A DNA stretch of 56,011 nucleotides from Mycoplasmatota bacterium (GCA_044432805.1 JAWXUI010000004.1:1-56011), one strand, 5' to 3'; positions 17,261 to 27,580 are shown, numbered from the stretch's first letter. Notes: generated by a model not told the origin, from the letters alone. Numbers and translations: made by a program.

Positions 17261-18907
17261 ATGAGTAAAATAAAAATATTTGGTCTAGGTGGACTAAATG
17301 AAAATGGAAAAAACATGTATATTGTTGAAGTAGATCAAGATATATTTGTATTTGATGCGGGATTAAAATATGCAGATGATAAAATGTTAGGAGTAGATTA
17401 TATAATACCTAACTTTGATTATCTAAAAAACAATAAAGAAAGAATAAAAGGAATCTTTATAACACACGGGCATGATAATCAAATGGGGGCAATACCAGAT
17501 ATAATAGGTAGCTTACCGGATGTAAAAATATATGGAATGGCGTTTACTATCGAATTATTAAAAACAGAACTTGAACAAGATAATATTGTTTCAAATAATT
17601 TAATAGAAATAAAAGCACATAAAAAAATATCTTTTGGAAAAAATAGTATTTTTCCAATATCTTTAACACACTCAGTGCCAGACAATGTAGGATTCGTTTT
17701 AAATACGGAAAATGGAGCAATCTTTTATACGGGTAACTTTGTATTCGATCCAACTTTAGTTGGAGCTTATAGTACTGATATAGGTAAATTAGCGTATGTT
17801 GGAAAACAAGGTGTTTTATGTTTGTTAAGTGAATCACTATATGCTGATAAATCAGGGTATACATCTCCAAAACATAGAGTAACACCTATCATAAGGGAAA
17901 CAATATTAAAAGCAGAAAACAGAATAATTTTTAACATTGTTCAAGCACAATTAACACGTATACAAGAGTTATTTGATTGTTTAAAAAATACTGATAGAAA
18001 AGTAGTTATTATAGGTAAGAGATTACAAACAACTGTATTAAAAGCAATAGATATCGGATATTTGAATTTTGATAAATCAAGAATTGTCGGACTTAATCAT
18101 GTAAATGATGAAAAAATAGTAATAATGTTATCAGATGAAAGAGAAAAACCTTTTTCAAGATTAAATAGAATAGTAAGAGGTATTGATAAATTTGTAAAAA
18201 TAAACAATACTGATACAGTTTTATTTGCATCACCAACTTATGATGGTATGGAAAAAAGTGCAACTAAAATATATGATAAATTAGCTAAAATTGGAGCACA
18301 AGTAATAATTGCATCATCAAAAAAATTCTTAGGGAATCACGCATCTTCTCAAGATTTAATGATGATGATAAATCTTATGAATCCAAAATATTATTTTCCT
18401 GTTATCGGAGAATATAGACATCAAATAGAAAATGCTAAAGCTGCAAGTGCTGTTGGAATAAAAGAAGAAAATATTTTATTAAAAACAAATGGACAAGTAG
18501 TTGAATTTGTTGATGGTAATTTAACTAATACAAATGAAATAATAAAAGTTGATGAAATATTAATAGACGGAAAAACTATTGGTGATATTGGAGAATTAGT
18601 ATTAAAAGATAGAGAATTGTTAAGTGATAATGGAATAGTAATAGTAAGCGTTACTCTAGATAGATCTACAAAAAAAATATTAGCTGGACCAGAAATTTTA
18701 ACACGTGGATTTATCTATGTAAAAGACAATGCTGAAATAATTCATAAATCACAAAGTATTTCTTTAGAAGTTGTAAAAGAATTTACTAAAACAAATTACA
18801 TTGATTTTAATAAAATAAAATCTGGTGTAAGAGATAAACTAGGAAAATATTTATATAGTGAAACTGAATGTAAACCAATGATTTTAATAGTAATAAATGA
18901 AGTATAA
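17261..18907 (+). CDS. rnj: ribonuclease J
   Basis: GGLNENGKNMY, ITHGHDNQMGAIP (HxHxDH), beta-CASP length, C-terminal domain. 548 aa. Confidence 0.9.
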   Translation: MSKIKIFGLGGLNENGKNMYIVEVDQDIFVFDAGLKYADDKMLGVDYIIPNFDYLKNNKERIKGIFITHGHDNQMGAIPDIIGSLPDVKIYGMAFTIELLKTELEQDNIVSNNLIEIKAHKKISFGKNSIFPISLTHSVPDNVGFVLNTENGAIFYTGNFVFDPTLVGAYSTDIGKLAYVGKQGVLCLLSESLYADKSGYTSPKHRVTPIIRETILKAENRIIFNIVQAQLTRIQELFDCLKNTDRKVVIIGKRLQTTVLKAIDIGYLNFDKSRIVGLNHVNDEKIVIMLSDEREKPFSRLNRIVRGIDKFVKINNTDTVLFASPTYDGMEKSATKIYDKLAKIGAQVIIASSKKFLGNHASSQDLMMMINLMNPKYYFPVIGEYRHQIENAKAASAVGIKEENILLKTNGQVVEFVDGNLTNTNEIIKVDEILIDGKTIGDIGELVLKDRELLSDNGIVIVSVTLDRSTKKILAGPEILTRGFIYVKDNAEIIHKSQSISLEVVKEFTKTNYIDFNKIKSGVRDKLGKYLYSETECKPMILIVINEV

Positions 18908-18908
18908 G

Positions 18909-18931
18909 ACAACAATTTTGTTGTTTTTTTT
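18909..18931 (+). terminator. terminator after rnj
   Basis: ACAACAA/TTGTTGT stem followed by T8. Confidence 0.65.
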
Positions 18932-18987
18932 CATAGACAAAATAATAAAATAAAAGTATAATATATTTATACTTAAGGAGGTATTTT

Positions 18988-20520
18988 ATGAATAAAATTT
19001 TATATATCTTCATTTCTAGAGGCTTTGTTGTAATTGCCTCATTGGTTATTCAAATTCTATTTTGGATTGGTTTATTTTCTTTGTTTAGTGACTACAGTGC
19101 ACTTATCATAAGTTTACTTGGATTATTAAGCCTTATATGTGTTATTTATATAATAATTCAAGATATATATACAGAACATAAAATAGCCTGGTTAATCTTT
19201 TTAGTTATATTTCCAATAGCTGGAGGAATATTTTATGTTATCTTTGGAAGAAAAAAGGTAAATAAGAAAACAAAAAAGCTACATAATGATATATTAAAGC
19301 AAATAGAAATTTCAAATGAGATAGTTCCTAAGATTTCTTATGAAGATAAATTAGTAGAAAATCATTTATTTAGACAAATCCGTTATTTATCCAGCAATGC
19401 TAATTCAAAGCCATATTTAAATACATTTGTAAAATATTTAAAAATAGGTGAAGAAAATTTTGAATGTTTAGTAGAAGAATTAAAAAAAGCAAAAAAATTT
19501 ATTTTTCTTGAATATTTTATAATTGAAAAAGGAATTATGTGGGATACAATAGAAAAAATATTAATAGAAAAAGCAAATGAAAATGTTGATGTCAGAGTAT
19601 TATTTGATGACTTGGGATGTATATTAACACTTCCACCAGACTTTATAAAAAATTTAAATAAAAAAGGTATTAAATGTCATAGTTTTAATAAACTTAATAC
19701 TATTACTAATTCTAATTTTAATAACAGAGACCATAGAAAAATATGCGTAATAGATGGGAATGTTGGATTTACAGGTGGAATTAATTTGGCAGATGAATAT
19801 ATTAATGAAAAGGTAAAACATGGTCACTGGAAAGATACTGGTGTTATGTTAAAAGGAGAGGCAGTATATAGTCTTACTTTAATGTTTTTATCAATGTGGA
19901 GTTTAGAAACTAAAACTATAGAAAATTATCTTAATTATAAAACTGATTATAAAGAAACAACTGATGGTATTGTTCAACCTTACGGAGATAATCCATTAGA
20001 TAATAATCCTGTAGGAGAAACTGTTTATATGAATATTTTAAATTCTGCAAAAGATTATGTTTATATAACAACTCCATATTTAATAATATCAAGAGAAATG
20101 AGTATTTCTTTAAAAAATGCTGCAAAGTCTGGTGTGGATGTAAGAATAGTATTGCCAGGAATTCCAGATAAAAAGTTTGTTTATTTTCTATCTAGATCTT
20201 ATTATGCACCACTTATTAAAGCAGGTGTTAAAATATATGAATATACACCAGGTTTTGTTCATTCAAAAATGTTTTTATCAGATGATGAAACTGGAGTTGT
20301 TGGGACAATTAATCTAGATTATAGAAGTTTAGATTTGCACTATGAGTGTGGAGTTATTATGTATAAATCAAGTTGTTTAAAAGATATAAAAGAAGATTTT
20401 TTAGATATGTTTAATAAAAGTGAAGAAGTTACATTAAAAACTTTAAAATCAAAATATAGACTAAATTTATTTAATTTCTTTTTCTTAGGTATTTTAAGAA
20501 CTTTTTCTCCATTGTTTTAA
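18988..20520 (+). CDS. cls: cardiolipin synthase
   Basis: Two N-terminal TM helices. Two HKD motifs (NNRDHRKICVIDG, FVHSKMFLSDD). Confidence 0.9.
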   Translation: MNKILYIFISRGFVVIASLVIQILFWIGLFSLFSDYSALIISLLGLLSLICVIYIIIQDIYTEHKIAWLIFLVIFPIAGGIFYVIFGRKKVNKKTKKLHNDILKQIEISNEIVPKISYEDKLVENHLFRQIRYLSSNANSKPYLNTFVKYLKIGEENFECLVEELKKAKKFIFLEYFIIEKGIMWDTIEKILIEKANENVDVRVLFDDLGCILTLPPDFIKNLNKKGIKCHSFNKLNTITNSNFNNRDHRKICVIDGNVGFTGGINLADEYINEKVKHGHWKDTGVMLKGEAVYSLTLMFLSMWSLETKTIENYLNYKTDYKETTDGIVQPYGDNPLDNNPVGETVYMNILNSAKDYVYITTPYLIISREMSISLKNAAKSGVDVRIVLPGIPDKKFVYFLSRSYYAPLIKAGVKIYEYTPGFVHSKMFLSDDETGVVGTINLDYRSLDLHYECGVIMYKSSCLKDIKEDFLDMFNKSEEVTLKTLKSKYRLNLFNFFFLGILRTFSPLF

Positions 20521-20548
20521 AAAAAGATGAAATTATTCATCTTTTTTG
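20519..20548. terminator. bidirectional terminator between convergent cls and transglutaminase-like gene
   Basis: A6-AGATGAA-atta-TTCATCT-T6. The loop contains the stop of the minus-strand gene. Confidence 0.8.
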
Positions 20549-21696
20549 TATGGAGTAAATCTAGTTTTATAAGCTAAAACTTTTGGATAAATAATTTCTT
20601 GTTCTTCTTTTAAATTATAGTAAGGAACTTCTAAAAAATCTTTTGGATAGTCACTTTTTGATAAAGGAGCACTAAACATAGATATAGATTTTGGAATATG
20701 TCCATCTTCTTGTGCAGTTTGACTACCAAATAAAATATAATCATAGCTAAATTGAGTAGCTTTTAATGCGTTTTTAACTTGATGGGTGTTTCTTGTTATA
20801 TTCCATGTGTTATCTAGATAATAAATACATCCGTCAATATCAACTTCGTTCCATAAATGATTATTTCCATTTGCTATTCTACAATTTATATTGAATTTAG
20901 GATTATTTAATAAAAGATTAGTAGCGAAGGATATATTACCGCATAATCCATAATTATTATAAATAATTGTTTCAAGTGTACTATGTGTATCAGGTAGACA
21001 ACCGCTTTTTTTATACGGACTATTTTCAGCAGTATAAATTCCTTTTCTTGCTTCTGATTCATATCCAGAAATATATTGTATTTTTCTTTGTAAATAATTA
21101 GAAACCAATAATAAATTGAATAATTGATTATCACTGGAATTTTCATAAATTGCTTGTGATACCTTTTTATAATCTTCTATTGTTGATTTTTTAGTTTTAT
21201 TAACGTTATTAGATGAACAACATTGTATAATTGAAAGTCCATCTAAATGATCATTAAAATTTGTTATATAATCATAAAAATACACCTCATCATTAAATTT
21301 AATATCCCACATTAAATAGGAAATAGGAACATGTAAATTAAACTTATCGATAGCGGTTAAATCTATATAACTTCTATCCATATTTTTACCATCATCAGCT
21401 AAAGATACCCTAAAATCATATTTTTGGGGTAATAGTTTATTGAATAATATTGCAGATTCATAATCTAAAAATGTAATTTCAAGATTATCAAGTCTTTTTA
21501 AATCAAGAGTATTTATAAACTCTATTAGTATATCCCCATGTTCTTTTAGAGATTGTATATCTATATTTAGAATTCTAATTTTTTTAATTTCGTCCTCATT
21601 ATATTTACCTAAATTACTAAGTGATGAACTATATGGAATAAAAATTTTTTCACTTGTAATTGTTCTTGGTGAAGGTGGTGGGGTTTGATTTTTCAT
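20533..21696 (-). CDS. transglutaminase-like cysteine protease domain protein
   Basis: YGLCGNISFATNLLL...NHLWNEVDIDG..YYLDNTW fits the transglutaminase-core Cys...His...Asp arrangement. No signal peptide. Confidence 0.6.
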   Translation of the reverse strand: MKNQTPPPSPRTITSEKIFIPYSSSLSNLGKYNEDEIKKIRILNIDIQSLKEHGDILIEFINTLDLKRLDNLEITFLDYESAILFNKLLPQKYDFRVSLADDGKNMDRSYIDLTAIDKFNLHVPISYLMWDIKFNDEVYFYDYITNFNDHLDGLSIIQCCSSNNVNKTKKSTIEDYKKVSQAIYENSSDNQLFNLLLVSNYLQRKIQYISGYESEARKGIYTAENSPYKKSGCLPDTHSTLETIIYNNYGLCGNISFATNLLLNNPKFNINCRIANGNNHLWNEVDIDGCIYYLDNTWNITRNTHQVKNALKATQFSYDYILFGSQTAQEDGHIPKSISMFSAPLSKSDYPKDFLEVPYYNLKEEQEIIYPKVLAYKTRFTPYKKDE

Positions 21697-21819
21697 AAAA
21701 ATTGTCTCCTTTTTTCTTAATACTATAACATAAATAAAAAAAATATCAACCTATATAATTCTAAAAATGTTAAATTTTTGTCTTTATATGATAAAATAAT
21801 TATGAAGTTGGTGAAGTGT

Positions 21820-22581
21820 ATGAAAAAAGAAAAATTTAATCTAATAAAATATTTAAAAACTAATATTTTAATTATTATAGGCGCGATTATAATTTTATTG
21901 TTAGGAACTATAATTGGTCTTATGCTAAATAATAATTTTAACAGTTCAAATGTATCTAATAATGAAATTCAAAATTCATATGAAGAAGAACAAGATGATA
22001 ATGACGAAATAGAAAATAATACAACTAATGAAACTAATAACTCACAAGAAACAAATAATACAGAAGAAGACATAACAGTTAGTTCAAAAGATGAAATAAT
22101 TAATACTTATTTTTTGAATTATGAAGAAGAAGTAACCTCATCTTTTAGTGAAAGTGTAAGTGCTGGTTTAGAAAAGTCAAAAGAATTTTTTATTGTAGTT
22201 GTAGATTTTTTATTCTATGATAGCCAAATTAACGGGATAACATTTGATGAGTTAAGCGATTCTGCTAAGCAAAAAGTTTTAACCATTGTTAGCCGTGTAG
22301 ATGTTTTTATAACTAATTATTATCCTTATTATAAAGAAGATGTTTTAAATTTATATGATGGTGCCAGTGATGTATTCTTTGAACTTATTGAAAAAGGAAG
22401 TACGAATATAAATGACTTTGTAACTGAAAATATCCCAAGTGATACTTTAACTAGTATAAAAAGTTATAGTACATCATTTTATAATACGATAAAAGATACA
22501 ATAAATTCGATTCCAATAGAAGAAACAGTGACTGATACATTGGATAAATTGGATGAATGGTATAATGATTTTAAATCTTAG
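21820..22581 (+). CDS. membrane-anchored hypothetical protein with acidic N/E/T-rich linker
   Basis: MKKEKFNLIKYLKTNILIIIGAIIILLLGTIIGL TM segment. Start uncertain (TTG 21778, ATG 21802 or ATG 21820). Confidence 0.5.
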   Translation: MKKEKFNLIKYLKTNILIIIGAIIILLLGTIIGLMLNNNFNSSNVSNNEIQNSYEEEQDDNDEIENNTTNETNNSQETNNTEEDITVSSKDEIINTYFLNYEEEVTSSFSESVSAGLEKSKEFFIVVVDFLFYDSQINGITFDELSDSAKQKVLTIVSRVDVFITNYYPYYKEDVLNLYDGASDVFFELIEKGSTNINDFVTENIPSDTLTSIKSYSTSFYNTIKDTINSIPIEETVTDTLDKLDEWYNDFKS

Positions 22582-22592
22582 AGGAGAAAAAA

Positions 22593-22847
22593 ATGAATAT
22601 TGAAAAAGAAATAAAAAAAATAAAAAAAAGAAATAAAAAAGTTGAAAGTGATAAATTATGGGAAACTAGCTGGACTAGAAAAATTAGTATAATGATTTTA
22701 ACTTATTTTATAGTAGTTATATATTCTTATATGATTCAAAAAACTAGCAATGTTTTTTTAACATCTTTAGTTCCTGTAATAGGTTTTACACTATCAACAT
22801 TATCTTTAAATATTGTTAGAAAGCGTTGGGAAAAAAATGGAAATTAA
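22593..22847 (+). CDS. small two-TM membrane protein
   Basis: RBS GAGGAG. Lys-rich N-terminus then two hydrophobic helices. 84 aa. Confidence 0.5.
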   Translation: MNIEKEIKKIKKRNKKVESDKLWETSWTRKISIMILTYFIVVIYSYMIQKTSNVFLTSLVPVIGFTLSTLSLNIVRKRWEKNGN

Positions 22848-23490
22848 GGTAAAAATATGTGCGACTAAAAATAGTTGTCAAGCTCAAAATATAATAGAGT
22901 CAAAAGCTGATATCATTGGTTTGCTAGTTGGACAAAAACACACAAGTGATGATTTTATAACAAAAGAAGAAGCAAAAGAAATAGTAAAATTTGTTGATAA
23001 TAGATGTGATACTTCTTTAGTAACGCATTTATTAGATTCAAAAACAATAATCGAATTAACTAACTATATAGGAAACAATATAATACAACTTCATTCAAAT
23101 ATAGAAGAAACAGAAGTTGAAATTATAAGAAGAGCATTGCCATTAGTAAAATTAGTAAGATTAATTCATGTTGACGTAAATGGTCAAATTATAACTAATT
23201 ATAAAAAGATGAAAAATGCTGATTTTTATTTACTAGATTCTTTTAATTTAGCGACTGGTCAAGTAGGTGGAACAGGGTTAACTTATGATTGGGTGCAAGT
23301 TAAGGGAATAGTTAAGAAATTAGATAAACCTACATTTATAGCTGGGGGATTAAATCCAAATAATGTAAAAGAAGCAATTGACATAATTAAACCATATGGT
23401 GTAGATGTAAACAGTGGTTGTAAAAATGAATTAGGACAAAAAGATAATAAAAAAGTTTTAGAGTTTGTAAAAAACGCTAAAAACATCTAA
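22837..23490 (+). CDS. trpF: phosphoribosylanthranilate isomerase
   Basis: MEIKVKICA.....A......AD..GL, LDS....GGTG..YDW and AGGLNPNNV.EAI....PYGVDVNSG match PRAI. ATG 22837 overlaps the preceding ORF end. Confidence 0.8.
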   Translation: MEIKVKICATKNSCQAQNIIESKADIIGLLVGQKHTSDDFITKEEAKEIVKFVDNRCDTSLVTHLLDSKTIIELTNYIGNNIIQLHSNIEETEVEIIRRALPLVKLVRLIHVDVNGQIITNYKKMKNADFYLLDSFNLATGQVGGTGLTYDWVQVKGIVKKLDKPTFIAGGLNPNNVKEAIDIIKPYGVDVNSGCKNELGQKDNKKVLEFVKNAKNI

Positions 23491-23516
23491 AAAAGAAGCA
23501 ATATTAGCTTCTTTTA
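23491..23516. terminator. bidirectional terminator (trpF / convergent gene)
   Basis: AAAAGAAGC-loop-GCTTCTTTT. Confidence 0.7.
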
Positions 23517-24038
23517 TTCATGTGTAATAATTTTGTATGTATCTAAAAAGTCTCTTTTTGAAATACCATAAATATCATTTAAATCTGTAACATTTAAGTA
23601 ACCACCATTTGATATTTTCATCTCTGTTCCACCTTGTAAAAAAACAATGCTTTCAAATAGTTCTACAAAAAACTGTGCACTTTCAATTGGCTTATAAATA
23701 TTGTTTTTTTCATCTAATAGCGCATATTTATTTGAAAATATTTTATCATCAATAGTACTTTGATTTAAATTACCATGTTCATCTATTATAGGTGATCCAG
23801 ACTCATCGGCTTTAGTAATTATCCAAAAAACTTTATTTTTATTAAATTCATTATTTGGATCAAAGACTTTTTCTTGAATTGGATTTCCAAATTCATCAAC
23901 ACTCATTGTTATAATTTTATTATTTATATTTTTAACAGCAATTACATTTGATACTTTTATAGCTTTAAATAAAACAAAATTACCATTTTTTATATTTTTA
24001 TTTATATAGGATAAAATAGATATATTTTTATAATTCAT
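23514..24038 (-). CDS. hypothetical protein (174 aa)
   Basis: Clean ORF with RBS AAGGAG upstream of the ATG on the minus strand. No motif recognised. Confidence 0.5.
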   Translation of the reverse strand: MNYKNISILSYINKNIKNGNFVLFKAIKVSNVIAVKNINNKIITMSVDEFGNPIQEKVFDPNNEFNKNKVFWIITKADESGSPIIDEHGNLNQSTIDDKIFSNKYALLDEKNNIYKPIESAQFFVELFESIVFLQGGTEMKISNGGYLNVTDLNDIYGISKRDFLDTYKIITHE

Positions 24039-24149
24039 AAATACTCCTTAAAAAAATTATATAATAATGTTTGCAATTAATCAATAAATATAAAATTCAT
24101 TTACAATTGTTTCTAAAAACATTGTATAATATAAAAAAGGAAGTGATTT

Positions 24150-25166
24150 ATGGAAGAAACTTTAAAAAAACTATTTTTAGATTACAATTTAGGAAACGTA
24201 ATATCAGTAAAACAAATATTTGGTGGATTTATGAACAAAATGTATAAAGTTGTAACAAATGAAAAAACATTTGTTGTGAAAAAAATGAATCCAGAATTAA
24301 TGAAAAAAGAAGAAGTGAAAAATAATTTAATAACTTCTGAAAAGATATCTAATTTTGCAAATAAAAACAATATTCCCGTTTGTAGCGCTATGAGATTAGA
24401 AGAAAAATTTTTATTAGATTTTAATGATGGACACTATATGATTTTTAACTTTATCGAAGGAAAGACTTTAACAGATGAAGAAATAAAAATAGAACATTGT
24501 AAAAAGATAGGTATTGTTTTAGGACAAATACATTCTCTTGATTATAAATCACTAGGTTTAGAGCAAAGAGTAGTTACTTATAAAAGATTATATGAATGGG
24601 ATAAATATATACAACACGAAAATTTTAAACAAATGAAATATAGATCATTGTATTTAGAAAATTATGAAAAATTAAATATCATATTAGATAAAGCAAATAA
24701 ATGTTTTAATAGTACGAATAAAGATTTTGTTTTATGTCATAAAGATATGGATTCTAAAAATGTAATGTGGGAAAATAATAATCCCATAATTATAGATTGG
24801 GAATGTGCTGGTGTAGCTAGCCAATATAGAGATTTAATAGAAACAGCAATTAATTGGTCTGGATTTTTATCAAATAATTTTGATATAGAAAAATATGAAG
24901 CTGTGATAAATGGTTACAGAGAAGTAAAAGATATCGATGATATTAATTGGTATGATGTGGTTTATGGAAACTTAGTCGGGCGTATTGGATGGTTAAAATT
25001 CAATGTTGAACGTAGTTTAGGCATTGTATCAGATGATAAAGAAGAAATGGCTTTAGCGGAAAATGAAGTTGAAAAAACAATAATTGAAATAAATAATTAT
25101 ATTAAATTAATAGATACATTTAAAAATATAGATTTTGGAGGAGATTATGTCAGTAAAACAATTTAA
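24150..25166 (+). CDS. phosphotransferase (APH/CotS/homoserine-kinase-II fold)
   Basis: FVVKKM (Lys), VLCHKDMDSKNVMW (Brenner-like HxDxxxxN), IIIDWECAG...YRDL. Confidence 0.75.
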   Translation: MEETLKKLFLDYNLGNVISVKQIFGGFMNKMYKVVTNEKTFVVKKMNPELMKKEEVKNNLITSEKISNFANKNNIPVCSAMRLEEKFLLDFNDGHYMIFNFIEGKTLTDEEIKIEHCKKIGIVLGQIHSLDYKSLGLEQRVVTYKRLYEWDKYIQHENFKQMKYRSLYLENYEKLNIILDKANKCFNSTNKDFVLCHKDMDSKNVMWENNNPIIIDWECAGVASQYRDLIETAINWSGFLSNNFDIEKYEAVINGYREVKDIDDINWYDVVYGNLVGRIGWLKFNVERSLGIVSDDKEEMALAENEVEKTIIEINNYIKLIDTFKNIDFGGDYVSKTI

Positions 25167-25590
25167 AAAAGAAGATATAAAAATATTAGATAAAATAGAA
25201 TTAAACGATTATAAAAATTTAATAAAAAATGCTTCATGGAAAATATTGAGTGATGAACAACATCTAGGTTCTTTACAAAATTCTATGTATATATCAGCAA
25301 TAGAAGTAAATAACAAAGTAGTCGGACTTGCTAGATTAGTTGGTGATAATTCAGTTCATGGATTATTATGTGATGTTGTTGTTTTAGATGATTATCAAAA
25401 CAATGGTTTTGGTACCATTTTAGTAAATAATATTATGGAAAAAGTAAAAAATAGTTTAAAATACGAAGAACAATTTTTAATAGAATTATGTCCAAGTTAT
25501 GGAAAAAGAAATTTTTATTTAAAATGTGGATTTAAATATAAACCGGAAAATATGGATGGTATGTATCTTTGGATAAAAAAGGAAAAATAA
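25147..25590 (+). CDS. GNAT family N-acetyltransferase
   Basis: VVVLDDYQNNGFGTILVNNIM is the Q/RxxGxG/A acetyl-CoA motif. ATG 25147 follows GGAGGA and overlaps the upstream gene end. Confidence 0.8.
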   Translation: MSVKQFKKEDIKILDKIELNDYKNLIKNASWKILSDEQHLGSLQNSMYISAIEVNNKVVGLARLVGDNSVHGLLCDVVVLDDYQNNGFGTILVNNIMEKVKNSLKYEEQFLIELCPSYGKRNFYLKCGFKYKPENMDGMYLWIKKEK

Positions 25591-25620
25591 TCTAATAAGT
25601 TAAAATTTTAGGAGAAGTAT

Positions 25621-25970
25621 ATGAATCAAAATAGTAAAATAGTTGTCACTACAGTATGTGATAACATGCAAATAGCAAAAACAATAATCGATGTTTTATT
25701 AAATAAAAAGTTAGTTGCTGGTTCGCAAATAACTGAAATAAAATCAAAATATTGGTGGCAAAATAAAATAGAAGAAAGCATTGAATATATAAAATAGACT
25801 TTAGAACAAATTTATCTTTGTATAAAAAAATAGAAGATGAGATTTTGAAAATTCACGATTATGATGTTTGTGAAATATCGTATTACGAAATTTTAGGGAA
25901 TACTAAGTTTTTAAACTGGATAGAACAAGAAACATCTGAAAGAAGTGGAAATAATGGAAATAGTATTTGA
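25621..25970 (+). pseudogene. cutA: cutA (divalent-cation tolerance protein) interrupted by a 1-nt frame change
   Basis: Frame A gives MNQNSKIVVTTVCDN...KSKYWWQNKIEESIEYIK then TAG (25795-97). The -1 frame continues IDFRTNLSLYKKIEDEILKIHDYDVCEISYYEILGNTKFLNWIEQE, matching the CutA C-terminal half. The shift maps to the AAAA at 25791-94. Confidence 0.7.
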
Positions 25971-26769
25971 TATTAACTTTATAAAAGAGGTTGCTAAAAC
26001 AATAGATGTTACATATATAAAACATAAACAATTTAGTGATGGTACAGATAGCAAAGTATTTTTATTAAACGATAAATACTTAATAAAAAGTAACTCTTTA
26101 GAACAGTTAAAAGCAGAAGTTGAATTTTTCAATATAAATACAAATGAAATTTTTCAACAAATAATTTATATAGAACCAAATTATCAATATGTTGTTTATC
26201 AATTTATTGATGGGGAAGTTATGAAAAAAGTTAAAAATCCAAAAGAAGTAATTAAAAAATTAATAGAAATAGTTTCTAATTATAAAATATATGAACATGA
26301 AAAGTTTGGTTATTTAGATGATTTAAAAGATACATGGGAAGACTTTTTATTAGATGAAGTGGAATATAGTAAGGATAATATAACTTCATATATTCCTAAT
26401 AATAGTATAGTAATTGAAGCAATTAACAAATTAAAAAATAAAAAATTTAACAAAAAATTATTACATGGTGATTTTGGAACACATAATTTTATTCAAACAG
26501 ATGAATTTGTTGGCGTTATTGATCCACAAAGTGTAATTGGGGATGAATTGTATGATTTGTTTTTTGCGATTGTGAGTAATACGGATTTATTAAATAGTTT
26601 AACAATTGATGAATTAATTAATATTGTTCCAAATAAAGAAGATAAAAATATTAATATTCTATTAATTGTCCTATATTCAAGAATATCAAGATGTTTAAAA
26701 TATCATCCGCAAGATATAAACATATATATGAAATATTATAATAATTTAATAAAAAAAATAGAAAAGTAA
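25954..26769 (+). CDS. aminoglycoside-phosphotransferase-fold kinase
   Basis: LLHGDFGTHNFI ... GVIDPQSVIGDELYDL is the canonical APH HGDxxxxN / IDxxxxxxGDxxxDL pattern. Confidence 0.7.
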   Translation: MEIVFDINFIKEVAKTIDVTYIKHKQFSDGTDSKVFLLNDKYLIKSNSLEQLKAEVEFFNINTNEIFQQIIYIEPNYQYVVYQFIDGEVMKKVKNPKEVIKKLIEIVSNYKIYEHEKFGYLDDLKDTWEDFLLDEVEYSKDNITSYIPNNSIVIEAINKLKNKKFNKKLLHGDFGTHNFIQTDEFVGVIDPQSVIGDELYDLFFAIVSNTDLLNSLTIDELINIVPNKEDKNINILLIVLYSRISRCLKYHPQDINIYMKYYNNLIKKIEK

Positions 26770-26847
26770 TCAATTGGTTGCTTTTTATTTTATCTAAGTT
26801 GTAAATACATATGGTATAATAACATTAAGTAATAAAGGAGATAATTT

Positions 26848-27561
26848 ATGAAAATTAATGTAATTGGTTCAGGCACTATGGATAGCAGTGAAAGAAATAA
26901 TAGTAGTTTTTTATTAGATGATATATTAATTGATTGCGGAATGGGCACTATAAAAAGTTTTGAAAGACAAAATAATAAAGTAAAAGATATAAAATATGTT
27001 TTAATAACCCATTATCATGCTGATCATTTCTTTGATTTACCTAATTTAATAATCGCAAGAAAAGGAAGAAAAGAAACAAATGAAATTCTATATATAATAG
27101 GACCAAGTGATATTAAAGAAAAAACAGAACAATTAATGTATTTTTCTTTTAATAAAAATTATTCATTAAAAGAATACGCGAATATAGAGTTTATTGCATT
27201 AGAAGATAAAGAAACATTTAAATTTAACACTTTCGATATTCAATCTTATAATTTATTGCATGGAACTTGCAATCCTAATAATGGATATATGATTAAAAAA
27301 CAAAATAAAGTAATATCCTTTACAGGAGATACTACATTGTGTGAAAATTTATATCAAATGTGTGAAAAATCAGATATCATTTTTATAGATGCAACAAAAA
27401 AAGAAGAAACAACCAAAGGACATTTGAGCTATTCTGCAATTAAAGATTTATCAAAAAAATACAATAATTGTATATTTTATCCTGTTCATAGAAGTGATTA
27501 CGAAATTGAGTCAACAGATAACATTATTATTTTAAATGATGGAGACAATTTAGAAATTTAA
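26848..27561 (+). CDS. MBL-fold metallo-hydrolase
   Basis: ITHYHADHFFDL (HxHxDH), later TGDT and H near the C-terminus. 237 aa. Confidence 0.8.
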   Translation: MKINVIGSGTMDSSERNNSSFLLDDILIDCGMGTIKSFERQNNKVKDIKYVLITHYHADHFFDLPNLIIARKGRKETNEILYIIGPSDIKEKTEQLMYFSFNKNYSLKEYANIEFIALEDKETFKFNTFDIQSYNLLHGTCNPNNGYMIKKQNKVISFTGDTTLCENLYQMCEKSDIIFIDATKKEETTKGHLSYSAIKDLSKKYNNCIFYPVHRSDYEIESTDNIIILNDGDNLEI

Positions 27562-27580
27562 ATATTATAGGAGGTTATAT

